This document shows, in pieces, positions 48,430 to 62,460 of a DNA stretch of 64,000 nt. Position 1 is the stretch's first letter. Every line of letters starts with the position of its first letter. The stretch comes from Somniosus microcephalus (taxonomy: Eukaryota): contig CM126207.1 of assembly GCA_052327205.1 (NCBI GenBank), positions 165,726,001 to 165,790,000 on the forward strand, written 5' to 3'. The notes under the pieces were generated by a model. That model saw only the letters and a program-made list of their open reading frames with translations, ran no database searches and was not told the DNA's origin. Made by a program: the position numbers and the translations under genes.

Positions 48430-51400
48430 ATGGGTATACTTCCAGTGAGGTGCTTGCAAATTGGGTGAAGCTGCTAGAGTATAAGAGTAAACAGGTCCGC
48501 AAAACACAGAGCGATCTGCACAAAGCGTGTTTAAAGGTAGTGTACTTAAACAGAGTGTTTTATTTGGGAATTTGGAAAGAGTGGGAATTCGGAGAAGAGG
48601 GGGAGGGAGTTGCTGTTTCTTCCCTACATTACTTGGAGCGCCTTGTGTTAAAGGTGGATATTTAATTTCAGTACCCATAACTTAATCTAGAACAAGTAAG
48701 TAGTCAGGAAGCTACACTGCATACTAAGTAACCTAATTACAAATGTAATTCAATTTAATTAAATAAAAACAACGTCGTATCGGCATGCCAGTGCAGCTGG
48801 TGTGCTGCAACTGCAGCACGTGAGAGTTGTGTAGAGCATTGAGATCCCGAATCCTGTGAGTGCCTGCATCTTGAGGAACTTCAACTCAGAGTTTGTCAGC
48901 TGGAGCCTGAGGTGCAGACTTTGCGGGGCATCAGGGGTGGGAGAGTTAACTGGACATTTTGATCCAGGAGGCAATCACAGCTCTTAGGGTAGGTTAAGGT
49001 ACAGTTATCGTTAGTGGTCTGGGACAGGAGGTTATGTCTGCAGCTCAGGCAGGTAAGGGGACCTCAGATGCAGTGCTGGAGGTGCCTTAGCCTTTTCCCT
49101 TCTCCAACAGGTATGAGGTTCTTGCTGCTTGTGTGGATGAGGGGAAAACATACAAGATGGATGAGCAAGCTGACCTTGGCACCATGGTGCAGGAGGCCAT
49201 TGAAGTGGGGGGAGTGAAAGGTAAGGTAGTTTTGGTAGGAGATGGAATAGTCAGGGGGATAGATACTGTTCTCTGCAGCCGTGAATGAGAGTTCCAATGA
49301 TTGTGTTCTCTGCCCGGTGCCAGGTTCAAAGACATCTCCTCGCAGCTGGAGGAGAACTTGGAGTGGAAGGGGGCGGAACCAGTTGTCGTGGTCCAAATAG
49401 GAACCAACCAAATAGGTAGAATTAGGAATGAAGTTCAGCCAATGGTGTTTGAGGCACTAGGATCCAAATTAGAAAGCAGAACCTCAAACGTAATAATCGC
49501 TGGATTGTTACCTGAACCACGTGCAAATTAGCACAGAGCCATACAGATTGGAGGTTTAAATGCTTGGCACAAAGTGTGGTCTGAAGGGGTTACAATTCAT
49601 GGGGCACTGGCACCAGTATTGGGGAAAGATGGAGCTGTTCCATTGGTGCAGGCTCCACTTAAACCGGGCTAGACTAGTGTCCTGGCAAAACGAATAACTC
49701 GCGCTGTCGACAGGGCTTAAAACTAATTAAGGGGGTTGGGCGGATTCTGGAAAGAGTACATTTAAAAGCAGGGAGAGAAATGTGTAGGCTCCAGAGCAGA
49801 GTCGAGTTTTGGGTAAAATTAAGCAGAGTGGGTCAGGAACGGACAGAGAGAATAATAAAGGTAATAAGGCACCAGTGACTAAGGTGATATTAGGGAAAAG
49901 TAGAACTAAGTCAGAGCTAAAGACAATGGCTCAGAAATTCGGGTCTACACGGGTGAGTACGCGCTGGGTACTCACCCGTAGGCCCAATGAAAGTGCCGGT
50001 TTTGTGCATGCACTGAGCATGCGTGGGAAACCGGAACTTCCGTTCTCTTAAAGGAAGGGGTTCCGATTTCAAAAGCGTGCACTGGAGAGGCAGCGCGTGC
50101 GCCTGGAACTTATGTTGTTTTTGCAGGTTTCTCCAGGAACGTGAGTCACCAGCAGTTACACATGTAAAAAGCAGGTGCCAGGTGAATTAATTAAAATTAA
50201 ACATTTTTCCACAGGTTTATTATTTGCAAAAACTTTAAAGAAATTAGGTTTATTTTTAGCCCCATTAGAAAATGTAATATATTTTTTCAAAAATTTAAAT
50301 TATTGTTTAATAAAGTTATTTTATGTAATTTATATTTATTTTAAAAATGTGGTGTTTTTCAAAATTTATTTGAAGTTTTAGTTATGTTTTGGGGTTTATA
50401 GTATTAATACTTTTGACAGCTCTTCCTGTCAAATTTATGAATGGGCATTCCCTGCTACCATTGGCTCTCCATGGCCCATGTGATCAGAGGGGTCGCTTCA
50501 AACAAACTGCGCCAATGGGATACGCAAGCAATGTGCGCCGGCAGTTGGAGGAGGACCAGGATCGGAATCCCACACGGGCCCACAGCACAACGGCCGGCAC
50601 GCTAGGTAAGTGCAGGTCGGAGGCTTGCACCCGCAGGAAGCCACCTACCCGAATTTCTGGGCCACAATATTTAAATGTGCATAGCATTTGTAAGAAAAAA
50701 GATGAATTAATGGCGTAGAGAGAAATTAATAGGTTTGATCTGATGGCAATTTTTGAGACGTGGTTGCAACGTGGCCAAGTTTGGGAACTAAATAATCCAG
50801 CATACTTAGCCTTTGGAAGAGATAGGTAAAATGGAAAAGGAAGAGTAGTAGCCCTTATAATTAGGGATGGGAAAAAGACAGCAGAGAGAAAGGAACTTCG
50901 CTCCGAAAATCAAGAAGTAGAATCAGTTTTGGTGGAACTAAGAAACAGCAATTGGCAGAGAACGTTGGTGCGAGTTGTTTATAGGCCCCCAAAAAGTAGT
51001 TGTAATGTAGGGCAGTGTACAAAGCAGGAATTTAGAGGCGCATGTAACAAGGTTAATACTGTAATCATGGAGGGCTTTACTCTACATATAGACTGGCCAA
51101 ACCAAATTTGAAGTAATAGTGTGGAGGACGAATTCATAGAATGAATGCAAGATAGTTTTCTAGATCTGAATGTTGAGGAACCAATTAGGGAACAGGCTAT
51201 TTTAGATCTAGTATTGTGCAGCGAGAAAGAGTTAATTAATAACTTTGTAGTGAGGGGGATTTTACGGACGAATTTCCATTATATAATAGAATTTTACTTT
51301 GAGTTTGAATGTGATTTCATTAAATCCGAAACTAGGGTCTTAAATCTAATCAAAGCATACTACGTAGGTATGAGGAGCGAGTTGGCTAAGGTAGATTGGG

Positions 51401-53517
51401 AAACTACATTAAAAGGTATGATGGCAGAGCAGCATTGGATGGCTTTTAAATAATCAATACATCATTTAGAACGTATATACATTCCTTTAAGCCGCAACAG
51501 CCCCACAGGATAAGTGGTCCAACCGTGGATAACAAGAGAAGTTAAAGATAGTATTAGATCAGAAGGAGGGGCTCATAATGTTGCCAAAAGGAGTAGAAAG
51601 CCTGATGATTTGGAGGATTTTAGAATTCAGCAAAGGACTTCCAAGAAACTGATAAAGAAAGGGAAAATTGAATATGACTAATCTAGTGAGAGATTGTAAA
51701 CGCTTCTATAGGTATGAAAAAAGGGAAAGATTAGCAGAAGTAAATATTCATCCCATATAGGCTGAGACAGGAGAAATTATAATGGGGAATAAGGGTATAG
51801 CAGAGAAATTAAACAAATACTTCATGTCAGTCTTCACAGAAGAAGATGCAAAAGACTTCCCAGAAATAGTGGAGAACTAAGGGTCTACCGAGAATGAGGA
51901 ACTGAAAGAAATTAGTAATAGTAAAAATTAGTACTGTGGGAATTAATGGGACTGAATGCCAATAAATGCCCTGGATCTGATGGCCTTCGTTCTAGGGTTT
52001 TGAAAGAGGTGGACCCAGATAAAGTCGTTGCATTGATTTTCATTTCCCAAAATCCATAGATTATAGAATGGTCCCCTTGGATTGGAAGGTAGCAAATGTA
52101 ACCAAACCATTTAAGAAAGGAGGGAGAGAGAAAATGGGGAACCACAGATCAGTTAGCCTGACATGAGTAGTAAGAAAAATGCTAGAATCTATCATTAAGG
52201 ACGTGGTAACAGGGCACCTCGAAAATAACCTGGATTGGGCAGAGTCATCACAAATTTAGGAAAGTGAAATCGTGTTTGACGAATCTGTTAGAGTTTTTGA
52301 GGTTATACCTAGTAGAATCGATAAGGGGAACGAGTGGACGTGATGTATTTCGATTTTCAGAAGGCATTCGATAAGTTGCCACAAAAGAGGTTATGAAACA
52401 AAATTAGGACTCATGGGATCATGGGTAATATGCACGCTTACATTGAGGATTTGTGAATGGACTGAAAACAGTGGGTAGGAATAAAGTGGTCATTTTTGGG
52501 TTGGCATGCTGGTAGGTTATGACAAGTATCAGTGCAGTTGCCCCAGCTATTATCTATCTATATCAATGATTTGGATGAGCGGATCAAATACAATATATCC
52601 AAGTTTGTTGATGATACAAAGCTGGGTGGGAATGTAAGTTGTGAGAAGGATGCAAAGAGACTTCAATGGAAATACACAAGCTAAGTGAGTGGCCAATAAC
52701 ACGGCAATTGGAAGATAATGTGGAGAAAAGGGTAGTTATCCACCTTGGTAGGAAAATAGAAAAGCAGAATATTTTTAAATGGTGAGAGGCTTGGAAATGT
52801 TGGTGTTCATAGGGAGCTGGGCGTCATTTTACACAAATTACTGAAAGTTAACATGTAGGTACAGCAAGCAATTAGGAAAGCTGATGGTGTGTTTGCCTTT
52901 ATTACATGCGGGATTGAGTATGAGTAAATACGTCTTACTGCAGTTATGTAGGGCCCTGGTGAGACCAAACCTGGAGTATTGGTTACAGTTTTAGTCTCCT
53001 TACCTAAAGAAGGATATACGTGCCATGAAGGGCTGCAACGAAGATTCTCCATAGAGGTTCCTGTGATCGGCGGATTGTCTATGGGGAGAGATTGAGTAGA
53101 CAACACCTATATCCACCAGAGTTTTGAAGAATGGGAGGTGATCTCATTGAAACATACAAAATTCCTATAGCGCTGGACAGGGTAGAGGCAGGGAGGATGT
53201 TTCCCTGGGCTGGGGAGTCTAGAACCAGTAGTCACAGTCCCAGAATAAGAGGTTAGCCATTTCGGACTGAGATGAGGAGAATTGTCTTCACTCAGAGGAT
53301 GGTGAATTTTTGGAATTCTCTATTCAGAGGGCTGTGTCGTTGAGTGTATTCAAGACAAAGACCGATAGATTTTTGGAAATTCCGGGCATCAAGCGATATG
53401 GGGATAGTGCAGGAAAGCGGAGTTGAGTTAAAAGATCAGCAATGATCTTATTGAATGGCAGAGCAGGCTCGAGGGGTCAATTGGCCTACTCGAGCTCCTA
53501 TTTCCTATGATCTTATG
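48430..53517 (+). mobile_element. Near full-length decayed CR1 LINE (ORF1 zinc finger + SGNH esterase-like; ORF2 EN-RT)
   Basis: LVCCNCS; VLVGDGIVRG..CSLPGARFKD..VVQIGTNQ; ORF2 YLNVHSI, VVYRPP, REQAILDLVL, RT and CR1 tail; left boundary approximate. Confidence 0.85.
49927..50664. mobile_element. MITE-like non-autonomous DNA transposon inserted at the CR1 ORF2 start
   Basis: 17-bp TIR TGGCTCAGAAATTCGGG / CCCGAATTTCTGGGCCA (1 mismatch); CAA on both flanks. Confidence 0.75.
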
Positions 53518-53534
53518 TCCTTTTTCTTTCTCTA

Positions 53535-54405
53535 AAGTGTCTACAAAGGGATATCGATAGACTGAATGAGTGGGCAGTAATGTGGCAGATGGAGTATAAT
53601 TTAGGGAAATGTGAGGTTATTTACTTTGGTAGGACGTATAGAAAAACAGAATATTTTTAATTGGTTTGTAACTTTCAAATGTTGGTGTTCCGAGAGATTT
53701 GGGGGTCCTCGTGCAAGAAACAAAGAAAGCTAAAATGCAGGTACAGCAAGCAATAAAGAAGGCAAATGGCATGTTGGCTTTATTGTAAGGTGGTTTGATT
53801 ATAAGAGTAATGAAGTCTTGTTACAATTGTACAGGGGCTTCATCATACCACACCTGGAGTACTGTGCACAGTTTTGGTCTCCTTATTTGTGGAAGGATAT
53901 ATTTGCCTTGGAGGCGGAGCAACGAATTTTCACGAGATTGATTCGTGTAATTAGAATGCGGTCCTATGAGGTGAGATTGTGCAGAATAGGCCTATACTCT
54001 ATGGATTTTAGAACAGGTGATCTCATTGAAACGTACAAGATTCTGAAATGTATTTTCAGGGTAGATGCTGAGAGGTTGTTTCCCCTTACTGGATTGTCTA
54101 GAACAAGGACCATACTCTCAGGAAAAATGTGTAGGCCAGTTAAGATCGAGATGAGTAGGAATTTCTTCACTCAGAGGGTTGTGAATCTTTGGAAATCTCT
54201 GCCCCAGAGGGCTGTGAATGTTGAGTCTTTCAATATTTTCAAGGCTGAGAAAGATATCTTTTTGGACTCTAGGGGAATTAAGCGATATGGCGATCGGGCG
54301 GGAAATGGAGTTGAGGTCGATGATCAGCCATGACCTTATTGAATGGTGGAGCAGGCTCTAGGGGCAGTCTGGCCTGTTCCTGCTCCTACTTCTTATGTTC
54401 TTATA
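53535..54405 (+). mobile_element. CR1 LINE 3' fragment
   Basis: ORF 53818-54333 PHLEYCAQFWSP..MSRNFFTQRVVNLW; tail. Confidence 0.85.
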
Positions 54406-54790
54406 TTCATGCATGATTTGCAAAGAATTCGTAAATTAAATTAAAAACAATTTAGGTATTTATTTTTAACGTCCACTTTGCAGAGAATGGGAGCATTCTC
54501 GAGGGAGTTACATTTACCACCATTTAGAAATTTATTCTGGGTTTCCAAGAATTGTCCGCCGAAGTTATTGCAAATCAAGGGGAGAAAGGCGGCAGAAATG
54601 AATTACCAGTTGCAAAGTTGCGTGAAACCTGCAGAATCTGTAGATTTTGGACTCGTGATTGGTCCAACTAAAGAAACAGGGCGATTAATTTTGTTAAATT
54701 CTGCAGCCGTCTCACTTTGTATACTTGCTGCAACAGTAAACGTTAAAGTGCCTGTATTCTTTCTTTAAATTTGTACTTTACAGAGGTGAG

Positions 54791-55570
54791 TTTAAGATTA
54801 GGATCACAGGCTCCCACACAGATTGCCCAACAGGGCTTTAGAACTTGTAAGGCTTTTATTAAAGAGTTACGGTTTTAAAGCACAATCAGATATTACAAAT
54901 GGTTTAAGCTGAGTATAATAGACATACAACCCATGACAGTAGGAGCGATCTACGACTCCCGAATCCGAATGCCACGACCGGACGGATGGGGAGGCAGTAC
55001 GGTGGTCTCGGATTGGCTGGATTCCTGCAGTCTGCTGCAGTGGTCTCTTCCGTTGGGTCATCTCTCAAGCTGTTGGAGGTGTGAGGCCATCAGCCACTTC
55101 AGAGGCTAAACTTGACCATGGTATTAGGCCGTAGCCACATTGAGGAAGCCTTCACCCTTAACTGCCTGGCTTCCTCTCTCAGTCGTCTGTATGTATAGTT
55201 ATTTCGGTGGGCTGGTAATTGCTTGGTTTCAATCATTTGATCCCCCATCCCATTGTCTAATTGTGAAGTGGGAAGGCATCCCTCGCCGTCCCTTTCTTCT
55301 TGACTGACAAGGCCTCCCTCTTAAATTTCTGAGGAATGTTTTGTTATGTTTCTTTAAGGACATATTATGGCTTCGTGGCTCCTTTTTATCTATCAGGTGC
55401 TATCCGCCCTGATTCCTTGCATTTTACGATTCCCTTATCATTTCTGTTTGTCTTTTGATGCTTGATATTCGACCTTGCTTGCATTTCTGTTATCTGTTCC
55501 CAGCTGCATGTTGTCAGTCTCTGTTCTAAGAATTAAAACCCATCTTTGAATCTAACAGCTTTTTCTTACT
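54791..55570 (-). repeat. LTR (3' LTR or solo LTR), direct repeat of 60478-61256
   Basis: ~780-bp collinear match to 60478-61256; degenerate TG..CA ends; AATAAA on the minus strand near 54857. Confidence 0.85.
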
Positions 55571-56535
55571 TTGAGAAGGAAATATCCATATTGACTTCTC
55601 ACAATCGGCTCTTCACTAATCTAGCTAGTTCTTATTGCTCTCTCAACTTGGGCGTTAGTTAGTAGGGAGTCTTGAAAATGAAGATTACCCTCATCCTTAC
55701 AGTCCATTCCTTTGAGGAAAAGGAGCAACCTCTGACCCCTTACTCAAATTCAATTCACTGTTACGGTTTTGCAATTCAGTGCCGCCTTGGGTATACTGTC
55801 TTTCCTGATCTTACCCCGCCTGGAGTCTCCTCTAAATTGCTTCGGATCTTCTCTTTCAGTGTGCTCAATTTTTTGTTAGTGATGGTTAGTCATGGGCATG
55901 AGCACCCAATTGGGTTATGTATCAAAGTTTTACTGCATAGTTTATAAATATATTAAATTAAATACACTATCATTACATTTTGGAGAACTACCAGAGCATG
56001 TGCAATAATACGAACCTAAGGGTGTGCTGATGTATTAAGCCGAATATCCCACCAGTGTGAGTTGTCCCTATGCTGTCAATTTCAATATCCATTCTCGAGT
56101 TGTCTTGCTCCAAAACATAAAAATGTTTAGGGAGGAGTTCAGTCGCATCACGAGCTCACTGAAACCATCAGACAACAGGGGAATGTCGTACACGAATTGT
56201 GCCACATAATGGTGCAGCTCTTACGTAAGTATCTCATTTACTGTCAATTTCACTTGAGCATATGGTTTGATATTTAGTAAAACGTGTTGGTTGATGGGAC
56301 AGATCGTGTTGGACCCGAAAGCATGCTAGGTGCAGTAGTAGTGACACAGGAGGCACCACCAAAAATCACCTCATACTGGATTCGTACTGGTTTTTCCCAC
56401 GCTCTGTTACCTACAAAACACAATTATTACAGTCATAGTTCAATACAGTCTCACAATCATTTCAAGCGATATTACAGTTTAACATCTGATCAACAAAGCA
56501 TGGAATTAAATTTTTTTGAGATCTCTCATACAAAC

Positions 56536-58050
56536 AAAGAAACATAGAAGATAGGAGCAGGAGTAAGCCATTCAGACCCTCAAGCCAGCTCCACCATTCA
56601 ATGCGATGATGGCTGATCATCCAAATTCAGTACCCTGTCCCTGCTTTCTCCCAATACCCCTTGATCCCTTTAGCCTTGAGAAATATATCCAACTCCTTCT
56701 TGAATATTTTTAATGCATTGGCTTCTGCTGCGTTCTGTGGTAGAGAATTCCACAGGTTCACCACTCTCTGGGTGAAGAAATTCCTCCTCATTTCTGTCTT
56801 AAATGGCAAGCCCCTTAGCCTTAGACTGTGAGCCCTGGTTCTGGATTTCCCCGCCATCAGGAACATCCTTCCTGCATCTAGTCTGTCTAATCCTGTTAGA
56901 ATTTTATAAGTTTCGATGAGATCCCCTCTCATTCTTCTAAACTCCAGCGAGTACAAACCCAATGGATCCAATCTCTGCTCATACGTCATTCCTGTCATCC
57001 CAGGTATCAGCCTGGTGAATCTTCACAGAATCACAGAAACCCCACAGTGCAGATAGAGGCCATTTCAGCCCATCGAGCCTGCACCGACACATATCCCACC
57101 CAATCCCCGTAACCCCTACACCAACACATATCCCACCCTATCCCCGTAACCCCACGTATTTAATCCCCCTAACACTAAGGGTCAATTTATCATAGTCAAT
57201 CAACCTAACTCGCACATCTTTGGACTGGAGTCCTTCCATGGCAAGAACACCCTTCCTCTGATAAGGCGAACAAAACTGCACACAATACTCAAGATGTAGT
57301 CTCACCAAGGCCCTGTACAACTGCAGCAAGACGTCCTTGTTCCTGTACACAAATCCTCTCGCTACGAAGGCCAACATACCATTTGCCTTCTTAAGCACCT
57401 GCTGCACCTGCATGCTTACCTTCAGCGACTGGTGCACAAGGACACCTGGGTCTCGTTGCACTTCCCCTTCTCCAAATCTATTGCCATTCAGATAATAATC
57501 TGCCTTCCTGTTTTTGCTACCAAAGTGGATTACCTCACCTTTATCCACGTTATATTGCATCTGCCATGCTTCTGCCCAATCACCCAACCTGTGCAAATCA
57601 TCCTGGAGTTTCTTGGCATCCTCCTCACAGCACACACGCCCACCCAGCTTTGTGTCGTCTGCAAATTTGGAGATATTTCATCTAGTTCCCTTGTCTAGAT
57701 CATTAATATATATTGTGAATAGCTGGGGTCCAAGGACCGATCCCTATGGTACCCCATTATTCACTGCCTGCCACTCAGAAAAAGAACCGTTTATTCCAAC
57801 TCTTTGCTTTCAGTCTGCCAACCAGTTCTCTATCCTCTTCAGTACCTTGCCCTCAATCCCATGTGCCTTAACTTTACATGCTAATCTCTTATGCGGGACC
57901 TTATCTAAAGCCTTCTGAATGTCCAAATACACCACATCCACTGGTTCTCCCTTATCTATTTCACCAGTTACATTCTCAAAATATTCCAGTAGATTAGTCA
58001 AGCACGATTTACCCTTTGTAAATCCATGTTGACTTTTTCCGATCCTGTCA
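56536..58050 (-). mobile_element. CR1 LINE 3' fragment (RT to tail)
   Basis: ORFs 57810-58001, 57138-57635, 56627-56998 (VYLDIQKALDKVPH, MRRNFFTQRVV). Confidence 0.9.
57023..57228 (-). mobile_element. 5'-truncated SINE related to 8338-8711, with an internal tandem duplication
   Basis: Reverse complement TCCAAAGATGTGCGAGTTAGGTTGATTG..GGATTAAATACGTGGGG matches 8490-8567; TTCTGTGA tail. Confidence 0.75.
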
Positions 58051-60458
58051 CTATATTCTCGTATCCATCTTGTGGATAATGCTTACTAAACATGATTTCT
58101 CCTTAGCCCTCAATTGCCCCATTCCAGATTCCATGTAACTCACCACTTCCACTTCAATTTCAATCCCTCTACAAGTACCACTGTATTTAACTCTATTCTG
58201 AATGCTTCATTAATTAGATAGTTTCTCAATGGATTATGTGTCAATGCTTTAAAGGTTGTCTCATTCTCCTGAACCACATTAACCATTTCATTTCTTGCTG
58301 TTGTCAAATAACTGAGCAGACTGAGACCCGTTCTTCAGTGCAGATTCACCATACATTTCTAGATGGTAATTATCTCATACATAACGAATCACATTTGCAC
58401 ACTCATACCGGCATCTCAATATTGTGCCACACATGCCATCTGATACAAGCCTTTCTCGTGGTTTCAGGTGTCTTATCAAAAGATTGTAGTCATCTGGAGA
58501 TCTTTGCTCATCTTCCACCACATGGTCCCAATGTCTTGGGTAGTGGCTGGTCTTTCAAATTCAGTTTTCTTAAAAGTTCATTAAAGGCAGGGACACAAAT
58601 GTCTCCAAGAGATAGCTATCAATTTACTATTCTTAACTACACTTTCCTGACCTTCACTAGAAAATTTTGAAAATTCCCATTCAGTAGTGTAATTCTCCTG
58701 TTTCAGTTTAAACCCACAAGCACTTTCCTTTAATTACCATTCTTCTCTCCTTCATGAATCCTGGAGAAGCCTTACTGTCCAGTACAATATTTAAAATAGA
58801 AAACATTGATCAAACGTTCTCACTTGATCCAAGTTATTACACTTTTTTTATTTATCATTATTTTAGAGGATCTTTTATTTTCTCAAAAGTAACCAAATAT
58901 ATAGTGCCTGAGTCCATTTTGTCATTTCAAAAATATCCCAAAATCCAAACAGCAGTACAGTGGAACTGACAGTTTTTGTCAATGTTCAATTACATTTCTA
59001 TCAATTTATCTTCCATTTCCAATTTCAGAAACAATTGATTCTCAGGCTAGGTGGCTTACACTGTGTTTTATCATTAGAGACAGAAATGCTGCAATCAGTT
59101 TTCAAGATAACTTCCATATAACAAAATAAGGAAGATAATCCATTATGTCTCTGCTTAGAGCCCAATGGATTAATTTGTCAAATCATAATTTTCCTTCTGT
59201 CACTGTGGGGAAATATTAACTTAAAGTTAAGAAACTTTAATTTAATAATGTCCAATATCTTTAAATTTCATACTAATGTTGTTGCTTGGTGAACATAAAC
59301 AGCTGTCATTGGAAAGGGTTATCTCCTTTGCAGGTTTTTAAGAAGTTGGAGCGAAACATTATCAGGCGCACGCAATTGCGTCACTTCACGTGAATTAAAA
59401 AAACTTTCCTGATCGAAAATACAGTTGTGTTTTCACACTTTAACTTAACATGAACAGAGCAGATAAAACAAAACAAAATAGCACATTTGTGCAGAAAACA
59501 GTAAATTACATTTTATATCTTATTGTCCTTTCTTCAGATGTCTTTACAAAATACTGTAAAAACATAATATAACTGGAGAAAAATTTGTTTTTCACATTTA
59601 AACAAATCAAATCAAACTGCTTTGGAAGATTTCACCATAGCAATCGCGAGTCCAAGGTTAAATCTTAGACTTAAACTTAATATTTTCTTAAACAAACTTT
59701 TTGTTGCTCTTCTCCGTTTTTACACACCAGCTTAACTTAATTTAGTTCAAAGTTTTTTGTTTCCCATTCTTGGGGCACAATCTTATTCGCACATTCTAGA
59801 ACTTTCAAAATCCAAGAGAAGACAAAAGTTTTTAAACGCTTTTAATACACAGAAGTGGGTGGAGCTAAGCCAGACATAACAGAATCTTTTATTTAAAGAC
59901 AGACTTTTCAGACAAAAGAAATATTGTAACTTCTTAAATATTCATAGTCAGGAAAACATTCACAATTTAATACACACTTTCACACAAACTGAAATTCCAG
60001 CATTTTTTAAGGTTCCTTTCACTCAGCAAATCTTGTGTTTTATTTTTCTCAGCACAGATGTTAATAACTTCCATGTTGGTAAAATATTACCATTAACTTT
60101 TGTTTCCCCTTTTTAAATCAGTGTCTCAGCAGCTTTTCCTGGCCTTCCAAATCCCTGTTTTTTTCCCTTCTTTGGTGAGTTTTCAGACTGTTTAGCCTGC
60201 AAATTAGATCTTATTCCTTCTCTATTTCCCCCCTCTCTCTCCTGCACTTTATGCTTTACTTCCTTCTGGCTACCTACCAACTGTTCCCAGTGATATGCCA
60301 ACGCCATTGTATTTCTGGTTTTACCTTTCAACAAGCTCTATACCGCTCCATTCTTTCAGAGAGAATAAAACAGTATACACAGTCTAAGCAACGATCACGT
60401 GCGTTCAACAGGGCCCTCCGGTTCTCCCGACCATAAACTTACAACTCCAAACTCTGTG

Positions 60459-60476
60459 ACCCCACTTCTGGCACCA
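60459..60476 (-). promoter_or_regulatory. tRNA-Leu-like primer-binding site
   Basis: Minus strand TGGTGCCAGAAGTGGGGT adjacent to the LTR end; close to the tRNA-Leu PBS TGGTGTCAGAAGTGGGAT. Confidence 0.75.
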
Positions 60477-60477
60477 C

Positions 60478-61256
60478 TGTAAGATTAGGGTCACAGGCTC
60501 ACACACCAATTGCCCAACAGGGCTTTAGAAGTTGGAAGGCTTTTATTAAAGAGCTACATTTTAAAGCATAATCAGATATTACATATGGTTTAAGCTGATA
60601 TTAATAGACATACAACACGCGACAGTAGGAGCGATCAACAACTCCCGAATTGGAAGTCCACGACCGGACGGATGGGGCGGCAGTATGGTGGTCTCGGATT
60701 GGGTGGATTCCTTCCGTCTGCTTCAGTGGTCACTTCTGTTGGATCATCTCTCAAGCTGTTGGAGGTGTGAGGCTGTCAGCCACCTCAGAGGCTAAACTTG
60801 ACCAATGTGTTAGGCCGTAGCCACCTCAGGGAAGCTTTTGCCCCTAACTGCCTGATTTCCTCTGTCGGTCGTCTATATGTATAGTTTTTTCAGTGGGCTA
60901 GTAATTGCGTGGTGTCAATCATTTGATCCCCCATCCTATTGTCCAATTGTGAAGTGGAAAGGCATCCCTCACCGTCCCTTTCTGCATGACTGACAATGTC
61001 TCCCTCTTATCTTTCTGAGAAATGTTTTCTGATGTTTCTTTAAGGACATTTTATGGCTTCGTGGTTCCTTATTATCTATCAGGTGCTATCCTCCCTGTTT
61101 CCTTGCATTTTACGATTCCCTTATCACTTCTGTTTGTCTTTTGATGCTTGGTATTCGGCCCTCCTTGCATTTGTTTTATATGTTCCCAGCTGCATGTTGT
61201 TAGTCTCTGTTCTAAGAATTAAAACCCATCTTTGAATCTAACAGCTATTTCTTACA
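60478..61256 (-). repeat. 5' LTR of a minus-strand LTR retroelement
   Basis: TGTAAG...CTTACA termini; adjacent PBS. Confidence 0.88.
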
Positions 61257-61762
61257 GAAGTGTATTCTCAGGCGAGAGTGAAAAATGCTCTGTTGATTCG
61301 TTTTTGTCTATTTTACACTGCCGATCAAGACAATTTTATGCTCCACATATTGCTCGGATTTGCGTTAGTTTGAACCAGTTACTCCAGACGGGCAGGAGCG
61401 CTCCGCCCCCTCACCGTCCCCACAGAAAGTCACTTCACTTGTATTTGAAAAGTTAAATTAATTGCACAATGTTTTCGAAGTAGATAAATTCAAAGAAGCA
61501 GGATCCATGCGCTATCCAGTATCTGGACACAGGACATTGCAAAACTTACAGTTGCACAATAGATCCAGGATGTGGTAAAATTGAATAGCGGATATATTGG
61601 GCAACATCACTGCTAATATGCTTAGGCTTCCATGGAGCTTGCGAGATCAAAGGAACTAATAGAAGTAGGTTTGCCAGTAGCTATTAATAAATGTATGCAG
61701 ATTGATAGAAAATAAGTTATGGCAGGAAAGATTGGTACTGAATCTGCCAAAAGATGTCTTAC

Positions 61763-61819
61763 CTTTGCAGCTGTCTTTTCATCTGCCATTGCTGTTGCAT
61801 CTTTTCTCATTCTCTGTCG
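61763..61819 (-). other. Candidate 57-nt exon (RQRMRKDATAMADEKTAAK)
   Basis: Minus-strand acceptor CTCTGTACCCTAG and donor AAG/GTAAGA; length divisible by 3; parent gene not identified. Confidence 0.35.
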
Positions 61820-62460
61820 CTAGGGTACAGAGCATACAGACACCCCCGTGCTGTCTCCCATAAGAAGATAGCAATTGCTTGACAAAAAAAGTTCAAAGTC
61901 CATCTTCTGCTTCTACCATCCTGGTAGTCACATGATAAAATGGTCGTGGAGTTAATGGCTATTCACAGCAACCAATCTATATCAAATAGCACACAATACA
62001 CCTAGACATGATGTGAGAAAAACACCCTGTTTTGGAAAGCTTTTCGAACCATTGAGACAAAATTAGCTTTTCCTCTCATTCATGTTAAAGTTACCACATA
62101 TCATGCCTAAAATGGTTGATATACTATATCGCAAATTGATATTTTCCTAAAGAAACCTAATATATGTTTGCATTAATCAACACTTTCTGATTCCAACGTC
62201 TCATTAGGGAAAAGGTTCCATAGATTTACAACCCACTTACTCAAATATTGCTTCGAGTGATTATTTAACTAGATAAATTTATCCCATCTCAGAACAAAAT
62301 GCGTGAGGAATGACAAGCAAGAGAAAGAACACCCGGATCAAGAAACCCACTCCAACAAGTTTGAAATACTGGCCATCTGTGGAAAGTATGATGACTCAGG
62401 TGGTGGATGGGGTGCCAAAAAAGGGGGCTGCTTAATTTAAATAATTAAACTCCATCTATA

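Noticed and set aside
54770-54795. Exon (TTTACAG acceptor) split by the LTR element and continuing GAAGTGTATTCTCAG at 61257
   Set aside because: TSD does not match and the donor would be non-canonical; too speculative
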